Shown in pieces: positions 1-10,198 of a DNA stretch of 64,000 nucleotides. The notes beneath the pieces are model-generated. The model saw only the letters and a list, made by a program, of their open reading frames with translations. It had not been told where the DNA came from and made no database searches. Source of the stretch: a bacterium (lineage in GTDB: Bacteria; Zhuqueibacterota; Zhuqueibacteria; Residuimicrobiales; Krinioviventaceae); the NCBI GenBank assembly GCA_963693055.1, contig OY843751.1:256001-320000 (forward strand). The letters are read 5' to 3'. Both the position numbers and the translations under genes were made by a program. How positions within the stretch are numbered: the stretch's first letter is position 1; each line of letters opens with the position of its first letter.

Positions 1-1193
1 ATTTATATGACAGCGAAAATGGAAACAGGTATGTCGCTTTTGCTGAATCTGACGATGGCATTCATTTTGAAAAACGGATTTTAAATAAAGTTGAGGTTGA
101 GGGTTCAATGCAAAATAATTGCGTTTTGCCTGCAACAATTGGAGGCTGTGCTGTTTGGATTGATCCCAAAGCACCTGCAAATGAGCGGTACAAGACACAG
201 GCAAAAGCGTATCCCAGCGGTGAGCTCTATATGCACAGCTCACCGGATGGCATTGACTGGAAGCTGTTTGCCAAGCCAGAAATTGGCGACAAGGACACTC
301 AGAATATAATATTTTGGGATACAACCATATCTCGCTATGTTATGTATACACGGGAATGGTTTCGGTTTGAGGATAAAAACGAGAATTATAGAACTGTACG
401 TAGACTTGAATCCGACGATTTGATAAACTGGGACAATGAGCTAATCGTTTTTGAACCCGATTCTATTGACAGGGCATTATATGATACACCTACCAAGCAG
501 CCTCCAGTGGATTATTATGGCGCTACGGTTTTCAAATATCCTGATGAAAATGGAATGTATATCATGCTTGCGCAGGCATTTTGGCATTGGTTTGCTCGTG
601 ACAAAAGTGAAAAGCTGGGGCCGAATTCATTTGATGTGAGATTTGCTTCCAGTCGGGATGGAAAGACGTTTACCCGGCATGAGCGTAAACCGTTCCTTCA
701 TCTGGGTCCTGAAAACAGTTTTTATTCAAGTATGATTTGGGCACTGCCAAACCCAATCCGGATGGGAGATGAATTGTGGTTTTATTTTGCTGGTTCAAAT
801 CAGGACCATTCGGGTCAATTGGCATATGGAGCTGAAAAGCTAAAGTCTGGAATTGGTCGGGCGGTAATGCGTTTGGATGGATTTGTTTCTCTGGATACAG
901 ATTATAAAGGGGGTGAAATTGTCACGCCGCTGATAAAATTTAAAGGGAAATCTCTCGAATTAAATTTACAGACCAGCGGCGGGGGTTCTGCTTATGTGGA
1001 AATTCTTGACCAAAACAACCAGCCATTAAAGGATTATACCCAAGCCGATGCCTTGCCACTCAACGGCAATTCAGTCAGGATGCCGGTCAAATGGAAAAAT
1101 ACCAGCGATGTAAGTGAGCTGTCAGGAGAAGCTGTAAAACTACGGATTGTCATGCAAGACTGTAAATTGTTTGCATTTCAGTTTGTAGAATAG
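1..1193 (+). CDS. Glycoside hydrolase-like beta-propeller protein (GH32/GH43/GH130-like clan) with C-terminal beta-sandwich; 5'-partial
   Basis: Frame is open from the window edge (LYDSENGNRYVAFAESDDGIHF...). Repeated S-x-D-G-x-x-W/F motifs. C-terminal 'RLDGFVSL...LELN...VEILD...LFAFQF' region resembles that of 23684-25384. Confidence 0.6.
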   Translation, partial: LYDSENGNRYVAFAESDDGIHFEKRILNKVEVEGSMQNNCVLPATIGGCAVWIDPKAPANERYKTQAKAYPSGELYMHSSPDGIDWKLFAKPEIGDKDTQNIIFWDTTISRYVMYTREWFRFEDKNENYRTVRRLESDDLINWDNELIVFEPDSIDRALYDTPTKQPPVDYYGATVFKYPDENGMYIMLAQAFWHWFARDKSEKLGPNSFDVRFASSRDGKTFTRHERKPFLHLGPENSFYSSMIWALPNPIRMGDELWFYFAGSNQDHSGQLAYGAEKLKSGIGRAVMRLDGFVSLDTDYKGGEIVTPLIKFKGKSLELNLQTSGGGSAYVEILDQNNQPLKDYTQADALPLNGNSVRMPVKWKNTSDVSELSGEAVKLRIVMQDCKLFAFQFVE

Positions 1194-1352
1194 GTTTTGA
1201 TATGTGATGTGTTTTCTCCCTGCTACAACGATCAGAAGTGGTGGCAGCTTGGGAGAGGGGTTGGCTTGCTGAATATATAATTGATATAAATCTGCAAGTT
1301 TACTCCGTCCTAAATTATCTATGGGACAAAAATTAGATTTTAATTTAAAACA

Positions 1353-3125
1353 TCATTCTTTTCTCCAACGCTTAATCACGTCTTCAAATGTTACATCAAG
1401 CCATTTTTTATTCCATTCAGTTAGTACTTTGACACTTTGACTTTTTGGTTCAGGATTTGGTAATTCCATTTTTACTATAGAAGGGATAGTTATACAATCT
1501 CCAACAACAATACATTCACCTTGGGCAAGATTAGGCAAAATATCAGTTATAGTATTTGAATTATCTGGTAATAAGTTTTTAATATAATTTTGGTCGTTAT
1601 AATTAGTAAGACGAAGTGATATAAAATTATTACATTGAGCAAAAATTGTTTCTGATACTTCAGAAGGTCTTTGGCTTACTACCATTAAATTTAATCCATA
1701 TTTTCTTCCTTCTTTTGCAATCCTTTCGATTGATTTTCTAGATGCTTTATAAATTGCACTTTCATCACGGGGAACATAGTTGTGTGCTTCTTCACATACA
1801 ATCATAACTGGTATATCATTTATTTTATTTTCATCATGCTTAATTTTTGAATAATGGAAGCAAAAATCAAATATCAATCTTGAAATTAAACTAACTGTTA
1901 TACTTAAAACTTCGAAGGGAACACCACTTAGATCTACAATAGTAATGTTTGATTGGTTTAAATAGCCAAGAAATTGTTTCATAATTTCTTCAAAATCAGA
2001 AGTTTTATATGGAGTCCCATCTTTTTTCTTTGGATCTAATAGAAATTTTAATCTTTTATCTGATAATTTATTTTCCAATCTTGAAACAAATCTATTGAAT
2101 TCGCCATAGAATGGACCATTTGTTGCTTTTTCGGCTTTAGCTGTTGAATTTTGTACAAAAGTGAATTTTTGATTAAAATAGTCATTACGATTTTTTATTA
2201 ATGTCCCGTCAGCTTTTTTGGGCAAGTTTTCCCCTTCAAGCCTACCAATAACTTCATTGTTCATGTTATCAATATATTTAAATACTTCATCAATCGAAAA
2301 ATAAACAGGATTATCATATGTCATTTCAGAAATGTTAGAATTGTGTTTTTCCTTGTTAAGAATAACAGCTTGTTTAAATTGTGAAACTTGATTATGGGAA
2401 TTTTGTTCACGACTTTCAATAAACAAGTCTTCTAATTCTTCAGAATTCATTAACCAATAAGGAAGTTTTAATTCATCTACATTTAATGTGTTAAGAGTAA
2501 AGTGCTCGTGGTTCTCTAAATCAAAAGCATTTTTATATTCGGAATGAATGTCGAATATCACAATATGTGAATTGTTTTGATGGCTTTTATTAGTATTTTT
2601 TGCATCCATAATACCAACAACTTCTTGAATGATTTTTGCAACAGTACATGATTTCCCGGAGCCTGAAGAACCAACGATTGCAATATGTTGACCAAAAAAT
2701 TTATCCCCATGAAGTTTTATTTTTATATCTTTATTTAGAACCAAGCTTCCTAGTTGGAAATTATAATTGTGATCAGCTAAAAATATTTTGTCTAACTCAT
2801 TTTCCAGTGTAATGTAAACTGGTTCAGTTGGAACTGGTAGATATGTGCTTGATTTTTCGAATGTTTTATCGTCAATTAGGCTACCAATTGCTTGACACTC
2901 AATGAGAAATGACCATTCAATCTCCTTGACTTCATTATAAGTATTATTACTTTTAATGTTTTTAATAACTGCAATGACATAATCATTGTTTCCCTGTGCA
3001 ATCTTTAAAAAGCGACCAATTTGTAATGCGTTTTTATTATTTTCAAATGTTTCTAAATCTAGTATATCAACAAGAATTGATGAAGGTGAGCTTGATATAA
3101 CTTTCCCAATTTTATTCATAGACAT
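1353..3125 (-). CDS. HerA/FtsK-family ATPase (defence-associated)
   Basis: N-terminal HAS-barrel-like region, Walker A GSSGSGKS, 'IFDIHSEY', Walker B 'VCEEAH', 'IAKEGRKYG' and 'SQRP' motifs typical of HerA. Confidence 0.9.
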   Translation of the reverse strand: MSMNKIGKVISSSPSSILVDILDLETFENNKNALQIGRFLKIAQGNNDYVIAVIKNIKSNNTYNEVKEIEWSFLIECQAIGSLIDDKTFEKSSTYLPVPTEPVYITLENELDKIFLADHNYNFQLGSLVLNKDIKIKLHGDKFFGQHIAIVGSSGSGKSCTVAKIIQEVVGIMDAKNTNKSHQNNSHIVIFDIHSEYKNAFDLENHEHFTLNTLNVDELKLPYWLMNSEELEDLFIESREQNSHNQVSQFKQAVILNKEKHNSNISEMTYDNPVYFSIDEVFKYIDNMNNEVIGRLEGENLPKKADGTLIKNRNDYFNQKFTFVQNSTAKAEKATNGPFYGEFNRFVSRLENKLSDKRLKFLLDPKKKDGTPYKTSDFEEIMKQFLGYLNQSNITIVDLSGVPFEVLSITVSLISRLIFDFCFHYSKIKHDENKINDIPVMIVCEEAHNYVPRDESAIYKASRKSIERIAKEGRKYGLNLMVVSQRPSEVSETIFAQCNNFISLRLTNYNDQNYIKNLLPDNSNTITDILPNLAQGECIVVGDCITIPSIVKMELPNPEPKSQSVKVLTEWNKKWLDVTFEDVIKRWRKE

Positions 3126-4326
3126 TTGATAACCCCATTATAAATTTTAATTCTAGCAGCTTGTTTACTGCAATTTGTTCTATTGAAATATCTTTTGTAT
3201 CCAATTCTGGGAAATTTTTAGACGAGATTATGAATAAATCATCACAATGTATATTATTTAAAATATTTTTTTGGGAGTTGTATAACATTAGACGAATAGA
3301 AAATTCACGTTGTATATTATTTTTTGCAATATCTTTTATTATTGGTTTTGCAAAGAAATGTTTTTCATCAAAATATTTAGAAGTAATAAAACCATCTCTA
3401 AAGATTATACCTTTTTTAAATAAACGGACTTTGATATCATCGAATTTGGTTTTGTCACAGTCTAATGCAAATAAAGGTGTGTGAATGTGTGCAGGCTTTG
3501 AGTGAAATTTATCTAAATATTCTGAGATAAATGTTACTATGTGTTCATCAAAATCGTTTTCATCCAAAGAATTATCTGAAATTATAAAATACCGTAATCT
3601 TGAATTTTTGTCGAGATTTGGTTTTAATTGTTTTTTTCGAGCAGATAAAATATTTTTTTTATCATTAAGCGCTAATGTCCATTTTGTGATTGCAGTTTTT
3701 TTGATATCTTTCAGTAGTTTTATGAACGCTTTTTTTGTTATCATTCTGTCTTTAGCTTCATGTTTTATACTAAAATTTGCAATTTCATTTATTGCATTGG
3801 GATAGATTAAAATGTCAAAATCATTTTCATCTTCCATGTTTTCAAGTAATTGTCTTTTTGATTGTTCAACAATATTTTCAAACGATTCACCTACTTCAAT
3901 TTTAAAGTATTTAAGGAAGCTATTAAAATCAAATGTCTTTCTATCTATTGATTTGATGTATTTATTAAGTTTTTTATCTTTTGATGAAAGAATTTCTTCA
4001 AGATTTTCTTTTGATAATTGATTGATTTCTGTTGGTTGATTTATGTATATATATATAATATAATTTATGTTGCAAGGTCCATTTTTATTGAAATGATTCA
4101 TCATTTGTAGAATTGGTTTATATATAGTGCTCAGTGTGAATTGATCCACCATCTCATGATATTTACATTGAACTGCTTCTATTTTCCCATTATCAACAAT
4201 ATCAATGTCTTCGATGATACCTTCAATAGTTATCTCAGCATCATCACCAGATTTTAATATCTTTAATAAAGTTAAATTAAATTGATATAGAAAACCTTTA
4301 ATTGTATAATTTGCTGCTCTTGACAT
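3112..4326 (-). CDS. DUF4297-like PD-(D/E)xK nuclease, partner of HerA
   Basis: N-terminus 'MSRAANYTIKGFLYQF' and 'EGIIEDIDI...VQCKYHE' (D...Q-x-K restriction-like core). Overlaps the HerA ORF start by 14 nt; AT-rich. Confidence 0.75.
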   Translation of the reverse strand: MSRAANYTIKGFLYQFNLTLLKILKSGDDAEITIEGIIEDIDIVDNGKIEAVQCKYHEMVDQFTLSTIYKPILQMMNHFNKNGPCNINYIIYIYINQPTEINQLSKENLEEILSSKDKKLNKYIKSIDRKTFDFNSFLKYFKIEVGESFENIVEQSKRQLLENMEDENDFDILIYPNAINEIANFSIKHEAKDRMITKKAFIKLLKDIKKTAITKWTLALNDKKNILSARKKQLKPNLDKNSRLRYFIISDNSLDENDFDEHIVTFISEYLDKFHSKPAHIHTPLFALDCDKTKFDDIKVRLFKKGIIFRDGFITSKYFDEKHFFAKPIIKDIAKNNIQREFSIRLMLYNSQKNILNNIHCDDLFIISSKNFPELDTKDISIEQIAVNKLLELKFIMGLSNVYE

Positions 4327-4689
4327 AAAAATTGAGTCTTATTTTTATACCGAAATTTTATTTAATACTTTTTTACCCCTTTTTACCATTAATTAATTAA
4401 ATAGTGATTTTCAATATCTTATGCAAGAAAAAAATATGATTATAGTCAATTGATGAGTAATTAAAAAATTTTCTAAAAAGCAGAAATAGCTTGCCTTGTG
4501 CTTCTATTGAAGATACAAATTATCCTCCATTTCCAATTTTGGGGAAGTGATAAGATGAGAAATAAGGATAATTTACTGTCATTTTAATGGAGGCTTTGGA
4601 AAAAATTTTTAAGACTAATTATTTTCCTCTTTACCCTCCACCATGATTTTAGTATATTCCAATAAATCCTTATAATCAAAAGCAGGGCA

Positions 4690-7557
4690 ATGATTATGAA
4701 ATCCATCCGTTTTCTTTTCTGTTTTTTCTTTATTCTCTCTATCATTATCCTTTCCAGTTGTGGTAATAATAATAATACAATGAATCTGGCCGGCGAGTGG
4801 CAGTTCAAGCTCGATCCCGATGGCAAGGGTGTGGACGAGCAATGGTACACCACAGAGCTTGAGGGTACGATCCATTTGCCCGGCTCTTTGCAGGAGCAGG
4901 GATACGGCGAGGTGCCGAATCCTGATACGAAATGGATTGGGCGCATTCGTACGCCGGATTGGTTAGAGCAGGAGCCCTGGAAGCATATTGTGGATGTGGA
5001 ATCGGATTATAAAGTACCGTTCTGGCTCACTCCGGACAGGTATTACCGGGGCAAAGCCTGGTATCAGCGAAAAATACAAATCCCGGCAGGTTGGCAGGGA
5101 AAGTCCCTGGAACTGGTGTTTGAACGGGCGCACTGGCAGACAACGGTGTGGATGGATTCTGAACGCATTGGCTCGTGTAACAGTCTGGCTGCACCGCACC
5201 GTTATGCGATTAAGGATTTGGCACCCGGTGAGCATACGATTTCGGTATGTGTGGACAATGAGTATTTGCTCAATGTGGGTATCGATGCGCACAGTGTCAG
5301 CGATCATACCCAATCCAATTGGAACGGACTGGTAGGAGCACTGTCTCTGCGCGCCTTGCCGGATGTGAGAATTGCGGATGTGCAGGTGTATCCCGATTAT
5401 CAGAAAAAGCAGGCGCGGGTCAAGATCATGGTGGAAAATACCACCAACGCCACAATCAACGCTCAGCTTGAACTGAATGCGGCTACAACGGCAAATAGTC
5501 CGGATCAGCACATGGCTGACCTAAAATCAAGTGAAATCGAGTTGTTACCCGGTGAATCCATTCACGGGCTCACATTGCATTTGGGAGAGGACGCGGTAAT
5601 GTGGAACGAGTTCAAGCCCAATCTCTACAATTTGGCAATTGATTTGAAATCCGGATCTGAAAAGGATCATAAAGAAACTGTATTCGGGCTGCGCAATATT
5701 GCAACCCAGGGAACGCAAATTACAATAAACGGCCAAAAGACCTTTTTACGGGGCACTTTAGAGTGCTGTATCTTTCCGCTTACGGGGTATCCCGATACAT
5801 CGGTTGAGGGCTGGCGTAAAATCTTTCGTCAGATCAAGGCGTATGGACTCAACCATATGCGGTTTCATTCGTACACACCGCCGGAAGCTGCCTTTAGCGC
5901 GGCGGACATGGAGGGCGTGTATCTGCAAACCGAGATTCCGGTATGGACGAATCCCGTAGGCGATACAATAATCAGCGCTTTTATGACTGATGAAGCCAAA
6001 CGTATTTTACGCGAGTATGGCAATCATCCCTCGTTTACTATGCTGTGCGCGGGAAATGAGCTGGGTCCGAACCGGGATGAGCCAAAGCGCGACGCGTATT
6101 TGAGCAGCCTGATCGAATCCTGGCGGTCTGCTGATGATCGGCATTTGTATGCCAGCGGATCGGGATGGCCGTCTATTGCCGCAGCGGATTACCAGATTCG
6201 CAGTGAGCCGCGCGTGTTCAATTGGCTGAACCGTTATACCAGTCGCATTGACGCGGCCCCGCTGGAGATGACCGTGGATTATACGGAACAGGATGCCATG
6301 TTTAAAGGTCCGGTTGTGAGTCACGAGATTGGGCAATGGTGCGTTTATCCCAATCTGGATGAAACTAAAAAATATACCGGTGTGTTGAAAGCAAAGAATT
6401 TTGACCTGGCAAGGACCTTGCTGGAAGAAAAGGGGATGGGAAGCCAGGCGCAGGAATTTCTCATGGCGTCCGGCAAGTTTCAAACCATTCTGTACAAAGA
6501 AGAGGTAGAAGCGGCCCTGCGCACACCCAACCATGCGGGATTCCAACTGCTGGATCTGCACGACTTTCCCGGACAGGGATCGGCAATTGTAGGCGTGCTT
6601 GATGCGTTCTGGGAAGAAAAAGGCTATGTGAGTGCCGCGGAATTCAGCCGCTTTTGTAACGCAACCGTGCCTCTGGCACGGATAAAAAAACTGACCTGGA
6701 CAACTAATGAGCAGTTTGCCGCAGATATTGAGGTGTCGCATTTTGGCGCAGAGATTTTGCGGGATGTAGAACCGGTATGGGAGATCCGGGATTTGTATGG
6801 TCGTACCCTTGCACAGGGCTCGTTGGAGAAAACGAATATTCAAATTGGCAATGCGCAAATGCTGGGAAAGGTTACCTTTGATCTAAACGCCATTGATGCA
6901 GCTATGGAATTGAAACTGGTTGTGAAACTGGGTGAAACCGGATTTGAGAACGACTGGTTGTTCTGGGTATATCCTGTAAAAGTTGAAATGAATGCCGGTG
7001 ATGTGCGGATTGTCAATCAACTGGATGACAAAATAATAGATTTTCTGGAGAATGGGGGGGATGTGCTGCTGACCCGAGCTCCGGACGATATCCCTCAGGA
7101 CAAGGCATTTGGCTTTGCAAGCATATTCTGGAACAAGCTCTGGTTCCCCGGGCAGCCTGCATACGCGCTGGGATTGGTGAACCGGGTCGAACATCCGGCG
7201 TTAGAAGCGTTTCCTACAGAATTTCACAGCAACTGGCAATGGTGGGATTTGACCCTGCACAGCCGGGATCTGGTGCTTGACGATTTGCCAGACGATTTGC
7301 GTCCTATTGTGCAGGTCATTGACGACTGGAACACTGCCCGGAAACTGGGACTGCTGTTCGAAGCCGATTATGGCAAAGGCCGGATAATGGTCTGCGGTTC
7401 TGACATTGTCAGTAACCTAAATGAACGTCCCGTTGCCAGACAGTTCCGCAAAAGTATATTGGATTATATGAACTCAAGCATGTTCAAACCACCGGTGGAA
7501 TTGAGCAATCCGGATCTTGAGGTTATTGCCGGGCAGTTTGGGGAGATGGCGTTCTAA
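4690..7557 (+). CDS. Glycoside hydrolase family 2 (beta-galactosidase/beta-glucuronidase-like), probable lipoprotein
   Basis: Lipobox 'LSSC'. 'LAGEWQF' sugar-binding domain, 'FGLR', 'GLNHMRFHS', 'NHPSF...GNE' acid/base motif and 'VSHEIG' nucleophile-like motif. Confidence 0.85.
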   Translation: MIMKSIRFLFCFFFILSIIILSSCGNNNNTMNLAGEWQFKLDPDGKGVDEQWYTTELEGTIHLPGSLQEQGYGEVPNPDTKWIGRIRTPDWLEQEPWKHIVDVESDYKVPFWLTPDRYYRGKAWYQRKIQIPAGWQGKSLELVFERAHWQTTVWMDSERIGSCNSLAAPHRYAIKDLAPGEHTISVCVDNEYLLNVGIDAHSVSDHTQSNWNGLVGALSLRALPDVRIADVQVYPDYQKKQARVKIMVENTTNATINAQLELNAATTANSPDQHMADLKSSEIELLPGESIHGLTLHLGEDAVMWNEFKPNLYNLAIDLKSGSEKDHKETVFGLRNIATQGTQITINGQKTFLRGTLECCIFPLTGYPDTSVEGWRKIFRQIKAYGLNHMRFHSYTPPEAAFSAADMEGVYLQTEIPVWTNPVGDTIISAFMTDEAKRILREYGNHPSFTMLCAGNELGPNRDEPKRDAYLSSLIESWRSADDRHLYASGSGWPSIAAADYQIRSEPRVFNWLNRYTSRIDAAPLEMTVDYTEQDAMFKGPVVSHEIGQWCVYPNLDETKKYTGVLKAKNFDLARTLLEEKGMGSQAQEFLMASGKFQTILYKEEVEAALRTPNHAGFQLLDLHDFPGQGSAIVGVLDAFWEEKGYVSAAEFSRFCNATVPLARIKKLTWTTNEQFAADIEVSHFGAEILRDVEPVWEIRDLYGRTLAQGSLEKTNIQIGNAQMLGKVTFDLNAIDAAMELKLVVKLGETGFENDWLFWVYPVKVEMNAGDVRIVNQLDDKIIDFLENGGDVLLTRAPDDIPQDKAFGFASIFWNKLWFPGQPAYALGLVNRVEHPALEAFPTEFHSNWQWWDLTLHSRDLVLDDLPDDLRPIVQVIDDWNTARKLGLLFEADYGKGRIMVCGSDIVSNLNERPVARQFRKSILDYMNSSMFKPPVELSNPDLEVIAGQFGEMAF

Positions 7558-7656
7558 AACAGTTGCATTTATTTAATGAAATAGTTATTGTTCTATGGGG
7601 AGTGAAAGGCGGATTCACTCCCTCAGATATTTCTTGTTTACATATGAGGTGGGGAT

Positions 7657-8952
7657 ATGCGAAAAATTTTCTATTTTATACTATTACCTTGTTTACTATT
7701 AGCTGGAGAGTGGGAGCCTGTTGGTATGCAGGGGACAATGGTCAGTTTTATCAAAACTGATCCTGCAGATAGTAGTATACTTTTGGCCGGATGTGTTACT
7801 GATGAAAATTATGGAGGACTTTACAAGAGCTCAGATGGGGGGAACACATGGGATTCCATACTTGAAAATTATGCTGTAGTTGATATGGTTTTTCATCCAA
7901 CGAATCCGGATACACTGTATGTAGCCTGTTACAACCATTTATACAAATCAACTGACCACGGAAAATCCTGGGTAGCATCTGATTCGGGAATCGTATTAAA
8001 TAGCTGGAATAATGATCTTGAGCTAGTCCGCATCGATCCGCTTCATCCACAGGTATTATTAGCTGCCAAGTATTATGACTGGCTTCTTCCCAAGTCGGCT
8101 CTGTACAAAAGTTTTGATGGTGGATTATCATGGACCAAGCTGGATTCCACAATGAGGATACGAGTACTTGAAACCGGACCTGACCAAAGGGCTTTATATG
8201 CTGCGGACTCGAGGTCGGATATGATCTACAAAAGTCTGGATTTTGGTGAAACCTGGGAACCCTGGCAGCAACCGTTAGCCAATACGATACGAGATCTGAA
8301 ATTTATTAAAACAGATTCATCTTTTACTTGTATTATTTGTTTTCAACTGGAAGGATTCTTAATCTCCCGAGATGGGGGGATAACCTGGGAACAGGAAAAC
8401 ACAGGTTTGCCTGAAAAAGCTTCTGTTTCCAGCGTCTTTACAACAGATTCTTTGTTGTATATAAGTAAGCACATGTTCCCTGCTACAGAGATTAATGTAT
8501 ACAAGAGGCAAATGAATAAAGTTGGCTGGAATCAAGTTGGTGGAAATAATGACGCTTTTGAAGGTGGTTTTAGAAATTTGCCCCTATTGTATTCAAAATA
8601 TTATCAAAAACTCTTTTTAGGCACGGGTAATGGATTGTTTTGTTATAATCCTGTAACAGAAATAACGGAACCAGATATCAAACAACCAGAAATTTTCAAG
8701 TTAAAACAAAACTATCCCAATCCTTTTAACAGCAGTACGGTTATTGAATACGCGCTACAAGGGCAGGCACATGTAAAATTGAGTGTATATGATGTGAATG
8801 GCAAGCTGGTTAAGCAGTTGGTCAATGAGAAAAAAACCCCCGGTAATTATCAAATAACTTTATCATCAGACCAACTTGCTTCCGGAGTTTATTTTTACCG
8901 GTTGAGGGCTGGAGGATTTAACGAAACCCGAAAATTGGTGTTGATGCGGTAG
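7657..8952 (+). CDS. Secreted BNR/Asp-box beta-propeller protein with T9SS type A-like C-terminal sorting domain
   Basis: Signal peptide, several (K)SxDGGxxW Asp-box repeats, C-terminal 'LKQNYPNPFN...LASGVYFYRL...KLVLMR'. Confidence 0.8.
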   Translation: MRKIFYFILLPCLLLAGEWEPVGMQGTMVSFIKTDPADSSILLAGCVTDENYGGLYKSSDGGNTWDSILENYAVVDMVFHPTNPDTLYVACYNHLYKSTDHGKSWVASDSGIVLNSWNNDLELVRIDPLHPQVLLAAKYYDWLLPKSALYKSFDGGLSWTKLDSTMRIRVLETGPDQRALYAADSRSDMIYKSLDFGETWEPWQQPLANTIRDLKFIKTDSSFTCIICFQLEGFLISRDGGITWEQENTGLPEKASVSSVFTTDSLLYISKHMFPATEINVYKRQMNKVGWNQVGGNNDAFEGGFRNLPLLYSKYYQKLFLGTGNGLFCYNPVTEITEPDIKQPEIFKLKQNYPNPFNSSTVIEYALQGQAHVKLSVYDVNGKLVKQLVNEKKTPGNYQITLSSDQLASGVYFYRLRAGGFNETRKLVLMR

Positions 8953-9214
8953 ATTGAGCATGTTATATTATAACTGATTTTCGTTGTGGTTAAATGCCAA
9001 CTTTTTGAAATGGAAAAAAGGTTTTAAAAATGAAGCAATATATGTATTGAATAAAAACTGATTTTATTTAATGTTTTGATATTACAATATGTTTTTACAA
9101 AAACATAAATTTGGGGGTACTTGGTGTTATTGTATTCTCTTGAATTTCTTTTGACGTTTATAAATTGGTGGCAATTATTAATTTATGTTCAATTATATTA
9201 TTAAAGGAGATGAA

Positions 9215-10006
9215 TTGAAAGTTAAAAATTTAACAATTGTTTTTTTAATTATAATTTCTTGTTCTGGGTCGAGACAGCTTGCCCATTACTCTCGGGACAA
9301 TGTGGAACAAGGCGCTATCAGTAGTTTGTATGAAAATATCCCTGTTATGTCAGAGCCAGAAGATATTAAACGTTTTATTGTAAAGATGGATCTATCTCAA
9401 GAAATGAATGTTGAAATTCCGTATGTAGATAAATGTTTTTATCAGCCATTAATTGATATGGAAGGGAAAATAGAAGCTGTATTTATCAGCGGGTCTGTGA
9501 ATACTCTGGTTGATAGCATCATGATCGAAAATATTAAAAATTCAACATTCAAAACATACAAATCAGTTATGAATGAGGATAGTAAGTATTCCTTATTACT
9601 GCCTTTTCAAATATTTCAAGGAAAAGCGGTACCTTTGTTTGATGATGAAATTGGATCATTGTCTATACCTGATGATCGTAAGCCACCTGCCCCGATAGGT
9701 GGTTTTGAAGCAGTTCAGCGTAATATAAAATATCCAAAAGCAGCAAGAGTATCTTCTACCGAAGGCAAAGTTGTTGTCAATATTAAAATTGATATAAATG
9801 GTAATGTCGCTGAAACCGTTATTCTTAAAAGTGCTGGCATTGCCTTAGATCAGGCGGCAATTGATGCTGTGAAATCTGTAAAGTGGAGTCCGGCGGTTAA
9901 GGATAATCTATATATCGAGTCATGGATAGGTGTCCCTATTTTATTTAGATTGAACGGTTCAAAAGTGTTGATAAAAGATTATCCAATAAATGACAATAAA
10001 CATTAA
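9215..10006 (+). CDS. TonB C-terminal domain lipoprotein (energy transducer TonB family)
   Basis: 'PIGGFEAVQRNIKYPKAAR...EGKVVV...LDQAAIDAVK...W.PA' TonB_C motif. TTG start chosen after the GGAG RBS; the ORF track starts at 9185. Confidence 0.8.
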   Translation: MKVKNLTIVFLIIISCSGSRQLAHYSRDNVEQGAISSLYENIPVMSEPEDIKRFIVKMDLSQEMNVEIPYVDKCFYQPLIDMEGKIEAVFISGSVNTLVDSIMIENIKNSTFKTYKSVMNEDSKYSLLLPFQIFQGKAVPLFDDEIGSLSIPDDRKPPAPIGGFEAVQRNIKYPKAARVSSTEGKVVVNIKIDINGNVAETVILKSAGIALDQAAIDAVKSVKWSPAVKDNLYIESWIGVPILFRLNGSKVLIKDYPINDNKH

Positions 10007-10198
10007 ATTTTAATATAGCAATTCAGTTGACAGCCCAATTTCCTTTGCTTGCATATAGTTCACCTGAAGAGAGAGTTTTAGCTTTAAGCATGCTCCCCAA
10101 TTACTAAAGGATAAATAAATGCAAAAAGAAATGTCATATATTATTTTAGTTCGTTTTTTAAGTAGATATTATTTCAAAACAATTCCAGAAATTCTATC

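Noticed and set aside
4963-7194. Long antisense ORFs inside GH2 and similar shadow ORFs across the window
   Set aside because: They overlap well-supported genes and have no motifs; this is expected from codon bias.
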